A stretch of DNA of 64,000 nucleotides. It comes from Candidatus Latescibacterota bacterium. Its GTDB lineage: Bacteria; Latescibacterota; UBA2968; UBA8231. Shown in pieces: positions 30,267 through 40,516 of the stretch. The position numbers and the translations under genes were made by a program. Within the stretch, counting starts at the first letter, position 1; every line of letters starts with the position of its first letter. The notes beneath the pieces were generated by a model. That model was given only the letters and a program-made list of their open reading frames with translations, made no database searches and had not been told where the DNA came from. The DNA lies in NCBI GenBank assembly GCA_965261395.1, contig OZ253462.1, positions 5,088,001 to 5,152,000 of the forward strand, in the 5' to 3' direction.

Positions 30267-31391
30267 CTATCCAGCCGCCGCCAGCAGGGTCGAGGTATCG
30301 GCGACGATATTGTAGAGGGAATCGCGCTCCAAAGGCTGGCGCCCGGCCTCGACGATGCGCTGCAAGAGGTCGGCCTGCGTCAGCCGCTGCTGAGTGTCAG
30401 CAAAGCTCTTGCGGGTGATTTCGTAGTCCATGACGGTGCCGTCGATATCGTCGGCCCCGTACCAGAGCGCGGTCTGCGAAATCTCAATGGTGTTCATAAT
30501 CCAGAAGGTCTTGACGTGGGGGAAGTTGTCGAGCATCAGCCGCCCCACGGCGATTTCTTTGAGGTCTAAGCAACCCGTCGGCCCGGATAAGTGCTCCAGT
30601 TCGGTGCGCTCGGGATGAAAAGAAAGCGGGATATAGCAGAGGAAGCCGTCGGTCTCGTCCTGCACTTCGCGCAGTCGCACGAGGTGATAGACCTTCTCCT
30701 CAGTGTTTTCGATGTGGCCGTAGAGCATGGTGGCGTTGGAGGGCAAGCCGGCTCGATGCGCCGTCTGGGCGATTTCCAGCCATTCCTCAGAGTCCGCCTT
30801 GGTCCAGAACAGGTCGCCTTGGACCCGATCGCTAAATACCTCGGCCCCACCGCCGGGCAGCGACTCTAGCCCAGCCGCCTTTAGGTCGGCAAAGATCTCC
30901 TCCAGCGGCTTTTTGGCGATGCGCTGAATCTGGGCGATCTCGATCATGGTGAAGGCCTTCAGATGCGCGGCGGGGCGGGCTTGCTTCATCGCCCGCAAAA
31001 CGTCGAGATAGTATTGGTAAGGCAACTTGGGATTGACGCCGCCGACCATGTGGATCTCGGTGATCGGGGCTTGGTCGTACTCGGCGACCCGCGCGGCGAC
31101 CTGCTCGGGTGCCAACACGTAGCCGCGCTCGTCTTTGGGCTTGACGTAGAAGGAGCAGAACTTACAGAGCTTGTTGCAGATATTGGTATAATTGATGTGC
31201 TGATTGCGCACGTAGTACGCAGTGTCGCCGCTTTTGCGCTCGCGGACGATATTGGCCAGATAGCCCAAGATAGGCAGTTCATCGCAGGCGTACAGGCGCA
31301 GGCCGTCGTCCAAGCTCAAGCGCTGTCCGGCCAGCACTTTGTCGTGGATATCGCCGAGGCCGGCACGGCCGATAAGATCGTCGTAAATCAC
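30267..31391 (-). CDS. mqnE: Aminofutalosine synthase (radical SAM)
   Basis: NQHINYTNICNKLCKFCSF, EIHMVGG, PGGGAE, HVKTFWIM, YGADDIDGT. Confidence 0.9.
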   Translation of the reverse strand: MIYDDLIGRAGLGDIHDKVLAGQRLSLDDGLRLYACDELPILGYLANIVRERKSGDTAYYVRNQHINYTNICNKLCKFCSFYVKPKDERGYVLAPEQVAARVAEYDQAPITEIHMVGGVNPKLPYQYYLDVLRAMKQARPAAHLKAFTMIEIAQIQRIAKKPLEEIFADLKAAGLESLPGGGAEVFSDRVQGDLFWTKADSEEWLEIAQTAHRAGLPSNATMLYGHIENTEEKVYHLVRLREVQDETDGFLCYIPLSFHPERTELEHLSGPTGCLDLKEIAVGRLMLDNFPHVKTFWIMNTIEISQTALWYGADDIDGTVMDYEITRKSFADTQQRLTQADLLQRIVEAGRQPLERDSLYNIVADTSTLLAAAG

Positions 31392-31431
31392 TTATTTCTC
31401 CCGCGTTTAGTACATAATACCTATGGGTATC

Positions 31432-32160
31432 CTATTCGTCAACCGGCCTTTTGACGCCCTGGTACACCGCGGCAATCCCTAGGGTCATGGGCATGTAGCG
31501 CGTCTGGCTGAAACCAGCCTCGACCAGCAATTCGACAAAGGCCTGCCCTTGGGGAAAGGTCCCCACCGAACGAGGCAGATAGGCATAGGCCCGGCGCTGG
31601 CCGGAAATTAGGCCGCCGATTAGGGGCAGCACTTTGTGGAAATAGAACAAGTACAATTGCCGAAACAGCGGCGCAGTAGGCTCGCAGAAGTCGAGCACCA
31701 AGAGCTGGCCGCCGGGTTTGAGGACGCGGTAGGCCTCGGCCAAGCCGCTGGGAATGTGCCCAAAATTGCGCACCCCAAACGCCCCGGTCACCAAGTCGAA
31801 GGAGGCATCCTGGAACGGCAACTGCTCGGCGTCGCCGACCAATAGCTCCAGCGACATCGGCGGGCGTTTTGCCGCGGCTTTGGCAGCACCCAACCGCAGC
31901 ATCTCAACGGCCATATCGACGCCTACTACTTGCTGCGGCCTCAGCCGCGCCGCCGCTAGAGCAAAATCGCCGGTGCCGGTAGCTAAGTCCAAAACGCGCT
32001 GCGGGGAGGCTTCCAAGGCGCAGTCGAGGGCACGCCGCCGCCAGTACACATCTACGCCGCCGCTGAGCAGGTGGTTGAGCAAGTCGTAGCGCCGGGCAAT
32101 GGCGTTAAACATGTCTCGGTTGCGCCTCTTGTGTTCGGCGACGTTTTGCTTATTCTCCAT
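31432..32160 (-). CDS. ubiE: Demethylmenaquinone methyltransferase (UbiE/MenG)
   Basis: IARRYDLLNHLLSGG, LDLATGTGD, FGVRN, YAYLPRSV. Confidence 0.92.
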   Translation of the reverse strand: MENKQNVAEHKRRNRDMFNAIARRYDLLNHLLSGGVDVYWRRRALDCALEASPQRVLDLATGTGDFALAAARLRPQQVVGVDMAVEMLRLGAAKAAAKRPPMSLELLVGDAEQLPFQDASFDLVTGAFGVRNFGHIPSGLAEAYRVLKPGGQLLVLDFCEPTAPLFRQLYLFYFHKVLPLIGGLISGQRRAYAYLPRSVGTFPQGQAFVELLVEAGFSQTRYMPMTLGIAAVYQGVKRPVDE

Positions 32161-32167
32161 GCATGAA

Positions 32168-32195
32168 AAGCTAGTCCCCTGCCCGTCACTGTCAA
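32168..32195 (-). promoter_or_regulatory. Putative sigma70 promoter giving a near-leaderless ubiE-mqn transcript
   Basis: TTGACA-N16-TAGCTT with only 7 nt between the -10 box and the ATG; no RBS. Confidence 0.5.
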
Positions 32196-32204
32196 CAAGA
32201 GCTT

Positions 32205-33569
32205 ATGTCCCCACTCCAGGCCAACATCCTCATCGCCGACCACTCGCTCTTTATCCGCGAAGGACTGCAAGAGGCATTGCAAAAACCCGGCTATGCCATC
32301 GAAACCGCTGCGGACGGTGCCCAAACGCGCCGGATGCTGAAAGCCGGCGACTTCCACTTGGCCATTCTCGACTTGCAGATGCCCGGCCCCTCTGGGATGC
32401 AACTTTTGCAGGAGGTCGGCCAAGGCCACCCTGACACCCTGTGCATCATACTCACGGCCCATGACAACGTCCACACCGCGGTCGAAGCCATGCGCAAAGG
32501 TGCGTATGACGTGGTGACCAAACCCGTCGATCTAGACCATCTGCGCGTCGTAGTCGCCCGTGCACTCGATCGCTTCGAGCTCGTCGTCGAAAACCGCAAG
32601 CTCCACCACCGCCTCGAAAAAGAAGCCCCCTTCCGCCGCCTCGTGCGCCGCAGTCCGGCCATGCAAGCCGCCGCGGCCACGATCAAACAAGTGGCCCAAG
32701 CGGACGTACCGGTGCTCTTGCGCGGCGAGACCGGCGTCGGCAAGGATCTAGTAGCACGCGCCATCCACGAGCGCAGCAAGCGCCGCGATGCCCCCTTTGT
32801 TGCCGTCAACTGTGGCGGCTTCACCGAAGAGCTTTTTACCAGCGAACTGTTCGGCCACAAGCGCGGGGCCTTTACCAGCGCCCACGCCGACCGGCCCGGT
32901 CGTTTCACCCTCGCCGAGAGCGGCACCCTCTTCCTCGACGAAATCGGCGAGGTCTCGCACAAAAATCAGGTCGAGCTATTGCGCGTCCTAGAGTCACACG
33001 AGTTCCAACCGCTGGGGGACCCGCAGGTCCACCGCGCCGATGTGCGCATCATCGCCGCCACCAACCGCGACCTCGAAGACGCCGTCGCAACAGGCGCCTT
33101 CCGCGAAGACCTGTACTATCGCCTCAACGTGGTCCCCATCGACATTCCTCCCTTGCGCCAGCGGCGGGAAGACATCCCGGTCTTAGTCGAAATGTGCCTC
33201 GACGAAACTTGCCGTGCTCAAAACAAGCCCCCTAAAAAAATCAGCCCGGAAGCTATGGAGGGCCTCATAGCTTATGATTGGCCGGGCAATGTGCGTCAGT
33301 TGCGCAACCTGCTGCAGCGGCTCGTGGTCACCACCCCGGTTGCGGTCATCCTCCCCGAACACCTGCCCGGTCCGCTCGGCGAGCTAGCCGATGGCCCCGG
33401 GCAGTTCTCAATGGCCCTCGGCTCTTCTCTACAAGAGGTCGAAGCCGAACTCATCCGCCAAACCCTCCAACGCCTCACGGGCAACCGCCGCGCCGCCGCC
33501 GCCATTTTGGGCATTAGCGTCCGCTCCCTCCAGTACAAGATCAAGCGATACAACATCACGACCAAGTAA
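32205..33569 (+). CDS. Sigma54-dependent response regulator (REC-AAA-Fis HTH)
   Basis: AILDLQMP, GETGVGKD, ELFGHKRGAFTSA, LFLDEIGE, WPGNVRQL. Confidence 0.93.
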   Translation: MSPLQANILIADHSLFIREGLQEALQKPGYAIETAADGAQTRRMLKAGDFHLAILDLQMPGPSGMQLLQEVGQGHPDTLCIILTAHDNVHTAVEAMRKGAYDVVTKPVDLDHLRVVVARALDRFELVVENRKLHHRLEKEAPFRRLVRRSPAMQAAAATIKQVAQADVPVLLRGETGVGKDLVARAIHERSKRRDAPFVAVNCGGFTEELFTSELFGHKRGAFTSAHADRPGRFTLAESGTLFLDEIGEVSHKNQVELLRVLESHEFQPLGDPQVHRADVRIIAATNRDLEDAVATGAFREDLYYRLNVVPIDIPPLRQRREDIPVLVEMCLDETCRAQNKPPKKISPEAMEGLIAYDWPGNVRQLRNLLQRLVVTTPVAVILPEHLPGPLGELADGPGQFSMALGSSLQEVEAELIRQTLQRLTGNRRAAAAILGISVRSLQYKIKRYNITTK

Positions 33570-33747
33570 CACTCTGTCGGCTGACGGCACACGTGCAACA
33601 AGTCGGCAACCCATGCGCCAACTTTAGGCGACTCCTGCATTTTTTGCACTTTTGCGCCTGCGCGGCCTCTCGGCCCGCTTCTCGCCCAGCAGTGCTTCTT
33701 TCGTAAGTAAATTATTCACAATGCCTTAACTAGTAAGCAATCAAGTG

Positions 33748-33763
33748 TGGCATTGGATTTGCT
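33748..33763 (+). promoter_or_regulatory. Sigma54 -24/-12 promoter upstream of the sigma70-family gene
   Basis: TGGCATTGGATTTGCT (GG-N10-GC), preceded by an AT-rich IHF-like tract and TGCA-N5-TGCA at 33636. Confidence 0.75.
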
Positions 33764-34077
33764 TATCTATACGTGAGTCGAATGGAGCGCCGGTCGCCCT
33801 TCGCGCGACCGAAAGAGTTTCACAGCCCGCATCGACCTTAACTATTTGTTAACACAGAGCAAACAATTTTGTCTCACCGGGCATTGAGCAACGCGGGGGC
33901 ACTTTGCAGCCCCCAACTAAAACGGTGAGAGTGCAAATTATGCACTTTAAGCACATAGAGCCTGACGCTCCTAACTCGCGTAATTCAAGCGCCTTGCGGA
34001 ACGTCGGCCCAAAATTGTTACAACTGAGTGCAAAAATTTGCACCTGCTGACCCCATTACCCAAGGAAGGTTTCGCAC

Positions 34078-34950
34078 ATGGCTTACGCGATCCAAGAAGC
34101 CCTAAGCGATGAGGACAACACACTGCGCCTCTATTTCGACGACATTGCCGAGTCTCGGCCGCTGAGCCGCCAGCGGGAAGTCGAGCTGTCGGCGCGGATC
34201 CAAGGCGGCGACATGGCCGCCCGCGACGAGTTGGTTCAAGCCAACCTGCGCTTCGTCATTGATGTGGCCAAAAACTACCAGAACCGCGGTCTCTCGCTAG
34301 AGGACCTTATCAGCGCGGGCAATGTGGGCTTGCTGACCGCTGCCGAGCGCTTCGACGGCACCAAGGGGTACAAGTTCATCTCGTACGCCGTGTGGTGGAT
34401 CAAGCAGTCCATCTTACAGACCATCGCCGAGCACGCCCGCACCGTACGCCTGCCGCTGAACAAGCTCAGCCTGCTCAAGGACATTTCGCGGGCCGTGCGC
34501 AAGCTGGGCCAAGGCCGCGAGAGCGAGCCAGAGGTCGAGGAAATCGCCGCTGAGCTGGGCCTGCCAACTGAGGAAGTACTCGACACGATGCTCAGCGCCC
34601 GCTCGGTGCGCTCGCTCGACGAGTCTTTTGAAAACGACGACGATCGCAGCCTGCTCAGCCTGCTCGCCGACGACAATCAGGCGACGCCCGACAGCCACAT
34701 CTTGCAGACCTCGGCCCGCGCCCACTTAGAGGAAGCCCTCTCCAGTCTCGAAGACCGCGAGTTGCGCATCATTCGCCTCTACTTCGGTCTCGATGGCAGC
34801 CAAGCGCTGACCTTGGAGCAGATCGGTGGATTGATGAGCCTAACGCGAGAGCGCGTGCGCCAGCTCAAGGAGCGCGCCCTGGGCAAGCTCCGCCACCCGA
34901 CTCGCTACCAGTCGCTCCTCGCGTTGGTAGATGAGACGGAGTTTTACTAG
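34078..34950 (+). CDS. Alternative RpoD/RpoS-family sigma factor lacking region 1.1
   Basis: LVQANLRFV, DLISAGNVGL, FISYAVWWIKQSI, TLEQIG..TRERVRQ; 290 aa. Confidence 0.92.
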   Translation: MAYAIQEALSDEDNTLRLYFDDIAESRPLSRQREVELSARIQGGDMAARDELVQANLRFVIDVAKNYQNRGLSLEDLISAGNVGLLTAAERFDGTKGYKFISYAVWWIKQSILQTIAEHARTVRLPLNKLSLLKDISRAVRKLGQGRESEPEVEEIAAELGLPTEEVLDTMLSARSVRSLDESFENDDDRSLLSLLADDNQATPDSHILQTSARAHLEEALSSLEDRELRIIRLYFGLDGSQALTLEQIGGLMSLTRERVRQLKERALGKLRHPTRYQSLLALVDETEFY

Positions 34951-35034
34951 GATTGCAAGCGAGTCCGCTGCCCTCTTTTAGGTCAGCGGACCGCTAGTTT
35001 GGTAGGGGGTATGGTTGCGGGCGGCACCGGCTGC

Positions 35035-35808
35035 TCAGCCTTCGCCCTCCCGCAATTTTTTGAGTTCGTCGCGCAAGAGCGCGGCTTTTTCAAATTCTTC
35101 GCTATCGACCGCTTCTTGTAGCCAGCGCTCTAGCTGCTCCTTTTGGCTCAGCGGTTTCTTTTGTAAGATTTCCTGCTCCAACTCATCGAGCGCGGCTTCT
35201 GAACGCTCGCGCTCAATGTAGAACTCCTCGGCTTCCACCTCGGGCCACGTACCAATCCGCGCACGGGTCTGCTGCACAATGACCAATGCGCTGTCGCAAT
35301 CTTGGTCGCCGATGGCAATCATGGCCCGGGCCACGCCGTTGATGCGCAAGATATAAGGCCACCATTTCTCTAGATTGTCGCAATCTTCTTCGCGCTCGGC
35401 ATAGCGGTTGACAAACCGAAAGAGTTCCATGTTGCGCTCGGTATCGCGGACGACCCGCCGGTAGTCGTTCAATTGGATCAGAAAGGCGTAGCGCTTGTAC
35501 AACCGGCTCCCCTCGTCAAAAAGCTCGCTGCAAGCTGCTTCGTCGAGCGCGAAGCCCTCGTCGCTGGCCCCGTGCTCGCGGCAGTATTTTTTCAATTCGT
35601 CTCGGTAGTAATCGAGAGCAAAGTCCTGCCCGTGGGGCCGGCGGCCATCGGGCCGGCCGTCGAGGTTTAGCTGCAAAATGCCCTGAAAGGCCCCTTGATC
35701 CACGCGAATCTGGATCTTCGCCTCCCCGTCCCTTCCCGATATTTTCCGCACATTCGCCTCTGGATCGAAGGACCATTCATTTAACAGGTCGGTCATATCT
35801 CGACTCAT
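35035..35808 (-). CDS. Conserved protein with a C-terminal UVR motif, paralog 2
   Basis: KIQIRVDQGAFQGILQLNLDGRPDGRRPHG; LQEAVDSEEFEKAALLRDEL; homologous to 7964-8734. Confidence 0.8.
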   Translation of the reverse strand: MSRDMTDLLNEWSFDPEANVRKISGRDGEAKIQIRVDQGAFQGILQLNLDGRPDGRRPHGQDFALDYYRDELKKYCREHGASDEGFALDEAACSELFDEGSRLYKRYAFLIQLNDYRRVVRDTERNMELFRFVNRYAEREEDCDNLEKWWPYILRINGVARAMIAIGDQDCDSALVIVQQTRARIGTWPEVEAEEFYIERERSEAALDELEQEILQKKPLSQKEQLERWLQEAVDSEEFEKAALLRDELKKLREGEG

Positions 35809-35972
35809 GCCGACCTCGCACAACGGCTGTTTACTGACATTTCAGGCCTCGCGCCTGCAGGACGGAAATTCTCATAGCAGAATAATAACCGAGTTGATGC
35901 GTTGCGGCAATGTCCCTCCACAGCCTTGGGGATCACACCCTTCCCGCGGACCTTTTGGATCTGAGTCTGCGA

Positions 35973-35988
35973 TGGCATAGTTTATGCT
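35973..35988 (+). promoter_or_regulatory. Sigma54 -24/-12 promoter upstream of the NifA-like gene
   Basis: TGGCATAGTTTATGCT (GG-N10-GC). Confidence 0.6.
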
Positions 35989-36165
35989 ACAACAATGTAC
36001 GACACATTCTCTACATTTACTCGAATGACGCCCTTTTCGGCGTGCGACACTGTATTTTTGGTCGCTTTTTCGCTTTTCACCACGAATATGTGGTCTTTTG
36101 ATATTTACAAAAATGTAGTTTTTGACCACATTAACGACAAAAAAGTCGTAACATAGGATCCGTAC

Positions 36166-37710
36166 ATGTCCACCCTACCGACCGCTGCCCAACAACATAT
36201 CTCCATCCTGCACGAAATCGGGCAAATACTAGGCTCGACAACCAAATTTGAGGAGGCGCTCAACGTCATTCTCAAGCTCATGTGCGACCAACTCAACATG
36301 GGCTTGGGGACCGTCAGCCTCTTGAGCCAAGGAGCCACCGAAGTCTCCATCGACGTGGCTCATGGACTATCGCAATCGGAAATCAAGCGCGGCCGCTACG
36401 ACGTGGGGGAAGGCATCACCGGCAAGGTTGTAGAATCGGGCAAACCCGTGATCGTGCCGCGCATCAGCAGCGAGCCTCTCTTCCTCAACCGCACCGGTGC
36501 CCGCGGCAGCGCGGCCAAGAAGAGCCAGACCTCGTTCATTTGCGTGCCCATCCTACAGCAGCAACAGGTAGTAGGCACCATTAGCGTCGATATTCCTTAT
36601 GAAGACAACGAAAGCCTGCAAGATACCGTGCGCTTGCTGTCTATCATGTCCGCCATGATCGGCCAAGCGGTCGCCGCCCGCCAGCGCGCCCGCGCCGAGC
36701 AAACCCAGCTTCTCGACGAAAACTTGCGCCTGCAAAACGAGCTCCGCGAGCGCTTCCACCCCACCAACCTCATCGGCAACTCCCGCCCCATGCAGGAGGC
36801 TTGCCAGCTCATCGGCCAAGTGGCTCCCAGCGACGCCACGGTCCTATTGCGCGGTGCGAGCGGCACCGGTAAGGAACTTGCCGCAGATGCCATACATTAC
36901 AACAGCTTACGTGCCGATAAACCCTTTGTCAAAGTGCATGTCGCCGCCCTGCCGGAAACCTTGGTCGAATCCGAGCTATTCGGCCACGAACGCGGGGCTT
37001 ATACCGGGGCCTCGACGAGCAAAGCCGGCCGATTTGAACGAGCGAGCGGCGGAACGATTTTCCTCGACGAAATCGGCGAACTCAGCCTAGGCGCGCAGGT
37101 CAAGCTGCTCCGCGTGCTGCAAAACCGCGAAATCGAGCGCCTCGGCGGCCGCGGCCCAATGCCGATTGATGTCCGCGTTGTGGCGGCAACCCACATAGAT
37201 TTGGAAAAAGCCATAGCCGAGGGAACCTTCCGCGAGGATCTCTTCTACCGACTCAATGTCTTTCCCATCTTCATTCCGCCCTTGCGCGAACGCAAATCCG
37301 ACGTCCTCCAGCTCGCCGACCACTTCCTCGAAAAGTACTCCCGTCAGCACGGCGTGGAGATGCACCGTATCTCTACGCCCGCCATTGATATGATGATGAG
37401 CTACCACTGGCCAGGCAACGTGCGCGAGTTGGAAAACTGCATTGAACGGGCGATCATTCTCAGTAACGATGGCGTCATCCATGGCCACCATCTGCCCCCC
37501 TCCCTGCAAACGGCTGACGCTACCGGAACGCCGGTCGCCGGTTCGTTTAATACGATGATGCGGGCCTATGAACGAGAAATCATCATCGAGGCCCTCAAAA
37601 ACGCCCGCGGCAATATGGCCAAAGCCGCCCGCACCCTCGGCACTACGACCCGCATTTTCTCTTATCGCATCGAGAAACTAGACATCTGCCCAAAAAACTA
37701 CAAGAAGTAG
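36166..37710 (+). CDS. NifA-like GAF-AAA-HTH sigma54 activator
   Basis: [22 protein letters not shown]; [33 protein letters not shown]. Confidence 0.9.
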   Translation: MSTLPTAAQQHISILHEIGQILGSTTKFEEALNVILKLMCDQLNMGLGTVSLLSQGATEVSIDVAHGLSQSEIKRGRYDVGEGITGKVVESGKPVIVPRISSEPLFLNRTGARGSAAKKSQTSFICVPILQQQQVVGTISVDIPYEDNESLQDTVRLLSIMSAMIGQAVAARQRARAEQTQLLDENLRLQNELRERFHPTNLIGNSRPMQEACQLIGQVAPSDATVLLRGASGTGKELAADAIHYNSLRADKPFVKVHVAALPETLVESELFGHERGAYTGASTSKAGRFERASGGTIFLDEIGELSLGAQVKLLRVLQNREIERLGGRGPMPIDVRVVAATHIDLEKAIAEGTFREDLFYRLNVFPIFIPPLRERKSDVLQLADHFLEKYSRQHGVEMHRISTPAIDMMMSYHWPGNVRELENCIERAIILSNDGVIHGHHLPPSLQTADATGTPVAGSFNTMMRAYEREIIIEALKNARGNMAKAARTLGTTTRIFSYRIEKLDICPKNYKK

Positions 37711-37717
37711 CCACACA

Positions 37718-37762
37718 AACTACAAAATTGTTATTTTTACTACTATTTTCAATTTTGTAGTT
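37718..37762. promoter_or_regulatory. Putative upstream activator sites for the amtB operon
   Basis: 13-bp inverted repeat AACTACAAAATTG...CAATTTTGTAGTT about 90-135 bp upstream of the sigma54 promoter. Confidence 0.55.
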
Positions 37763-37853
37763 ATGCTGACCTCGTTCCTCTCTTTATTGTTATTTTTTTA
37801 ACTCCCTAATTTACAATAAGCTACAATTCTGGAGTGTCTGCGCCCAATCCACT

Positions 37854-37869
37854 TGGCACATTTCTTGCT
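37854..37869 (+). promoter_or_regulatory. Sigma54 promoter of amtB-glnK-porin-glnA
   Basis: Consensus TGGCAC-N5-TTGCT. Confidence 0.9.
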
Positions 37870-37948
37870 TTATAGCAAGTCGACGTTCGTATATACGAGG
37901 CGTCGATCGGATGCCTCCTCATACCTCATACAAGGGAAGGGATTGCCC

Positions 37949-39295
37949 ATGTCTGTTTTTCGCAACCGTCCTTCACTCTTATGGATCAGTGCCGGGGTCC
38001 TCGGAGCGACTACACAGGCTTCAGCGGGGGATTTCACAACCGTAGAAGCCTTCCAGGCCATGCCCTTGGCCTATCCCAAATTCATGGTGGACAACCTGTG
38101 GATTCTCATCGCCGCAGCCTTGGTCTTCGTCATGCACTTGGGCTTTGCCACGCTCGAATCCGGCCTGACCCGGCAGAAGAACACGGTCAACATCCTCTTC
38201 AAGAACCTCTTTGTCCTCTCAGCCGGCATCCTCACTTACGCCTTGTGCGGCTTCAACATCATGTATCCGGGCGACGATTGGCTCATCGCCGATGTGCTGG
38301 CCCTCAAAGGTTGGATCGGCTTTGACGACGATGTGGCCAATCTGACCAATCAGTACGCAAATTACACCTATTGGTCGGACTTCATCTTCCAGGCCATGTT
38401 TGCCGCCACTGCCGCCACCATCGTCTCCGGTGCTGTGGCCGAGCGCGTCAAGCTGTCGGGCTTCATGCTCTACGCCGCGATCTTGGTGGCCTTTGGCTAC
38501 ACCATAGCAGGCTCCTGGAAGTGGGGTGGCGGCTGGCTCGATGACCTGGGTTTCTACGATTTTGCTGGCTCCTCGGTAGTGCACGCCTTTGGCGGCTTTT
38601 CGGCCCTAGCCGCCGTCATGGTGCTGGGGGCGCGCAAGGGCAAGTACCACAACGGGGAAATCAGGCCCATCCTCGGCCACAGCATGCCGCTGTCAACCAT
38701 CGGCGTCTTCATGCTCTGGCTCGGCTGGTTCGGCTTCAACGGCGGCTCGGTGCTCAGCGCCGACCCGGCGGCCATATCGCTGGTCTTCGTCACCACGACC
38801 CTCGCGGCTGCGGCCGGTTGTATGGCCTCGATTTTCACCTCCTATATCTATCTTAAAAAGCCCGACATCACCATGGCACTCAACGGCATCCTCGCCGGCC
38901 TAGTCGGCATCACGGCTGGGGCCGATGTGGTCACTTGGGCCGGGGCCATCTGGATTGGGCTGATCGCCGGAATCATCGTCGTTTTCGCCATTGTCTTTAT
39001 CGACCGCATCAAGATCGACGATCCGGTCGGTGCCATCTCCGTCCACGGTATCTGCGGCATCTGGGGCACGGTCGCGGTCGGGCTGTTCAGCACCAACGCC
39101 GACCACAGCGCGGGTATCCAGCTATTGGGTACCCTGTCTTTTGCCATCTTCGCCTTTGTCTTTTCCTTTATCCTCGCGACCATTGTCAAGGCGACACTCG
39201 GGTTCCGCGTCGATGAGGAGGACGAGGACGAGGGCCTCGACTTAAGTGAGCACGGCCAGCCCGCGTACGCGGATTTCCAGCACATCAACAACTAA
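37949..39295 (+). CDS. amtB: Ammonium transporter
   Basis: FQAMFAATAATIVSGAVAER, DFAGSSVVH, WLGWFGFNGGS, DDPVGAISVHG, GLDLSEHG. Confidence 0.96.
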   Translation: MSVFRNRPSLLWISAGVLGATTQASAGDFTTVEAFQAMPLAYPKFMVDNLWILIAAALVFVMHLGFATLESGLTRQKNTVNILFKNLFVLSAGILTYALCGFNIMYPGDDWLIADVLALKGWIGFDDDVANLTNQYANYTYWSDFIFQAMFAATAATIVSGAVAERVKLSGFMLYAAILVAFGYTIAGSWKWGGGWLDDLGFYDFAGSSVVHAFGGFSALAAVMVLGARKGKYHNGEIRPILGHSMPLSTIGVFMLWLGWFGFNGGSVLSADPAAISLVFVTTTLAAAAGCMASIFTSYIYLKKPDITMALNGILAGLVGITAGADVVTWAGAIWIGLIAGIIVVFAIVFIDRIKIDDPVGAISVHGICGIWGTVAVGLFSTNADHSAGIQLLGTLSFAIFAFVFSFILATIVKATLGFRVDEEDEDEGLDLSEHGQPAYADFQHINN

Positions 39296-39314
39296 AGCGA
39301 GGGGAGAACTAACG

Positions 39315-39653
39315 ATGTATAAGATTGAAGCATTTCTCCGGCCATCGGCCCTTGAGGACGTGCAGAAGGCCCTGGGCGAACGAGGCATCGCCGGCATGTC
39401 CGTAACCGAAGTGCGGGGCTTTGGCCGCCAGCGCGGCCACCGCGAGGTCTATCGCGGCGCCGAGTACCGCATTGATTTCGTCCCCAAAATCAAAGTCGAG
39501 GTCGTCGTCAAGGACGCGGACCACGAGCTAGCGATCAACACCATCGTCGAGGCGGCCAAGTCCGGCAAAGTCGGCGACGGCAAGGTCTTCGCCTCGCCGA
39601 TCCAAGAAGCCGTGCGCATTCGCACCGGCGAGACGGGCGAAAGCGCCCTGTGA
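39315..39653 (+). CDS. glnK: P-II nitrogen regulatory protein
   Basis: GFGRQRG..VYRGAEY, GKVGDGKVF, RIRTGE; adjacent to amtB. Confidence 0.93.
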   Translation: MYKIEAFLRPSALEDVQKALGERGIAGMSVTEVRGFGRQRGHREVYRGAEYRIDFVPKIKVEVVVKDADHELAINTIVEAAKSGKVGDGKVFASPIQEAVRIRTGETGESAL

Positions 39654-39747
39654 TATGCAAGGGGCCGGCGTGGCCCGTCTGCGCCGGCCCTCTTACACCA
39701 TCAACGCAGCACCTCTCAACCCACCTAACCCACCCAAGGAGAACTTG

Positions 39748-40395
39748 ATGAATCGCTTGCTTTTTGCCGCACCCCTTCTCTTCGCGCTGACCTTAGCCGC
39801 CGTTCCGGCCGATGCCGGGGTTGGCTTTGGTGCCGACGTAGTCAACCGCTACGTGTGGCGCGGCACGGATTTTGGCAATGCCGTCAGCGTCCAGCCGGGC
39901 ATGTCCATCAGCCACGGCAACGTCGAAGTCGGCGCTTGGTCGTCGTGGGCTATCACCGACGGTGGTGCCAACGAGAACGACCTCTACGCCAGCTTCTCCT
40001 CCGGCCCCATCGGCATTACCCTGACCGACTACTACTTCCCGGGCCTGACCGAAGACGACATGTTCTTCAGCTACAGCAACGACGACGCAGTACATATCCT
40101 CGAAATCAGCGCGTCCCTCGCCCCGGACGGCGTGCCCTTGAGCGCCATGGTCGCCTATAACTTCTCCGGCGACGCCGACAAGTCGTTCTGGGCAGAAGCG
40201 ACCTACGACTTGGGCGAGATGGAAGAGACCGCCGTCAGCGTCACCGTCGGCTTCGGCAACGGGTTTTATACTACAACTACCGACCCGGCCTTGGTCAGCG
40301 TCGGCCTCAACATGAGCAAGGGCGATTGCTTCGCTTCGTACATCCTCAACCCAGACAAAGAATCCACCTTCCTCGTCTTCGGTAAGAGCTTCTAA
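39748..40395 (+). CDS. Putative outer-membrane beta-barrel (TorF/Gcw_chp-like porin)
   Basis: Signal peptide, [22 protein letters not shown], terminal Phe. Confidence 0.7.
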   Translation: MNRLLFAAPLLFALTLAAVPADAGVGFGADVVNRYVWRGTDFGNAVSVQPGMSISHGNVEVGAWSSWAITDGGANENDLYASFSSGPIGITLTDYYFPGLTEDDMFFSYSNDDAVHILEISASLAPDGVPLSAMVAYNFSGDADKSFWAEATYDLGEMEETAVSVTVGFGNGFYTTTTDPALVSVGLNMSKGDCFASYILNPDKESTFLVFGKSF

Positions 40396-40441
40396 ACTTG
40401 GTCGGCATCCCGCGCAATCAACGGCGGGGCCGGATCAGAAG

Positions 40442-40475
40442 CAGGGGGCGCGTGCTGCGGGGAGCGCGCCCCCTG
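40442..40475 (+). other. Intergenic stem-loop upstream of glnA
   Basis: CAGGGGGCGCG...CGCGCCCCCTG; no U-tract directly after the stem. Confidence 0.6.
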
Positions 40476-40516
40476 ATCCCATCTCAACTCAACCACTTTT
40501 TGCGAAAGGAATTCTC

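Noticed and set aside
36166-37710. Nitrogen fixation (nifA)
   Set aside because: No nif genes or TGT-N10-ACA sites seen; the context is ammonium assimilation.
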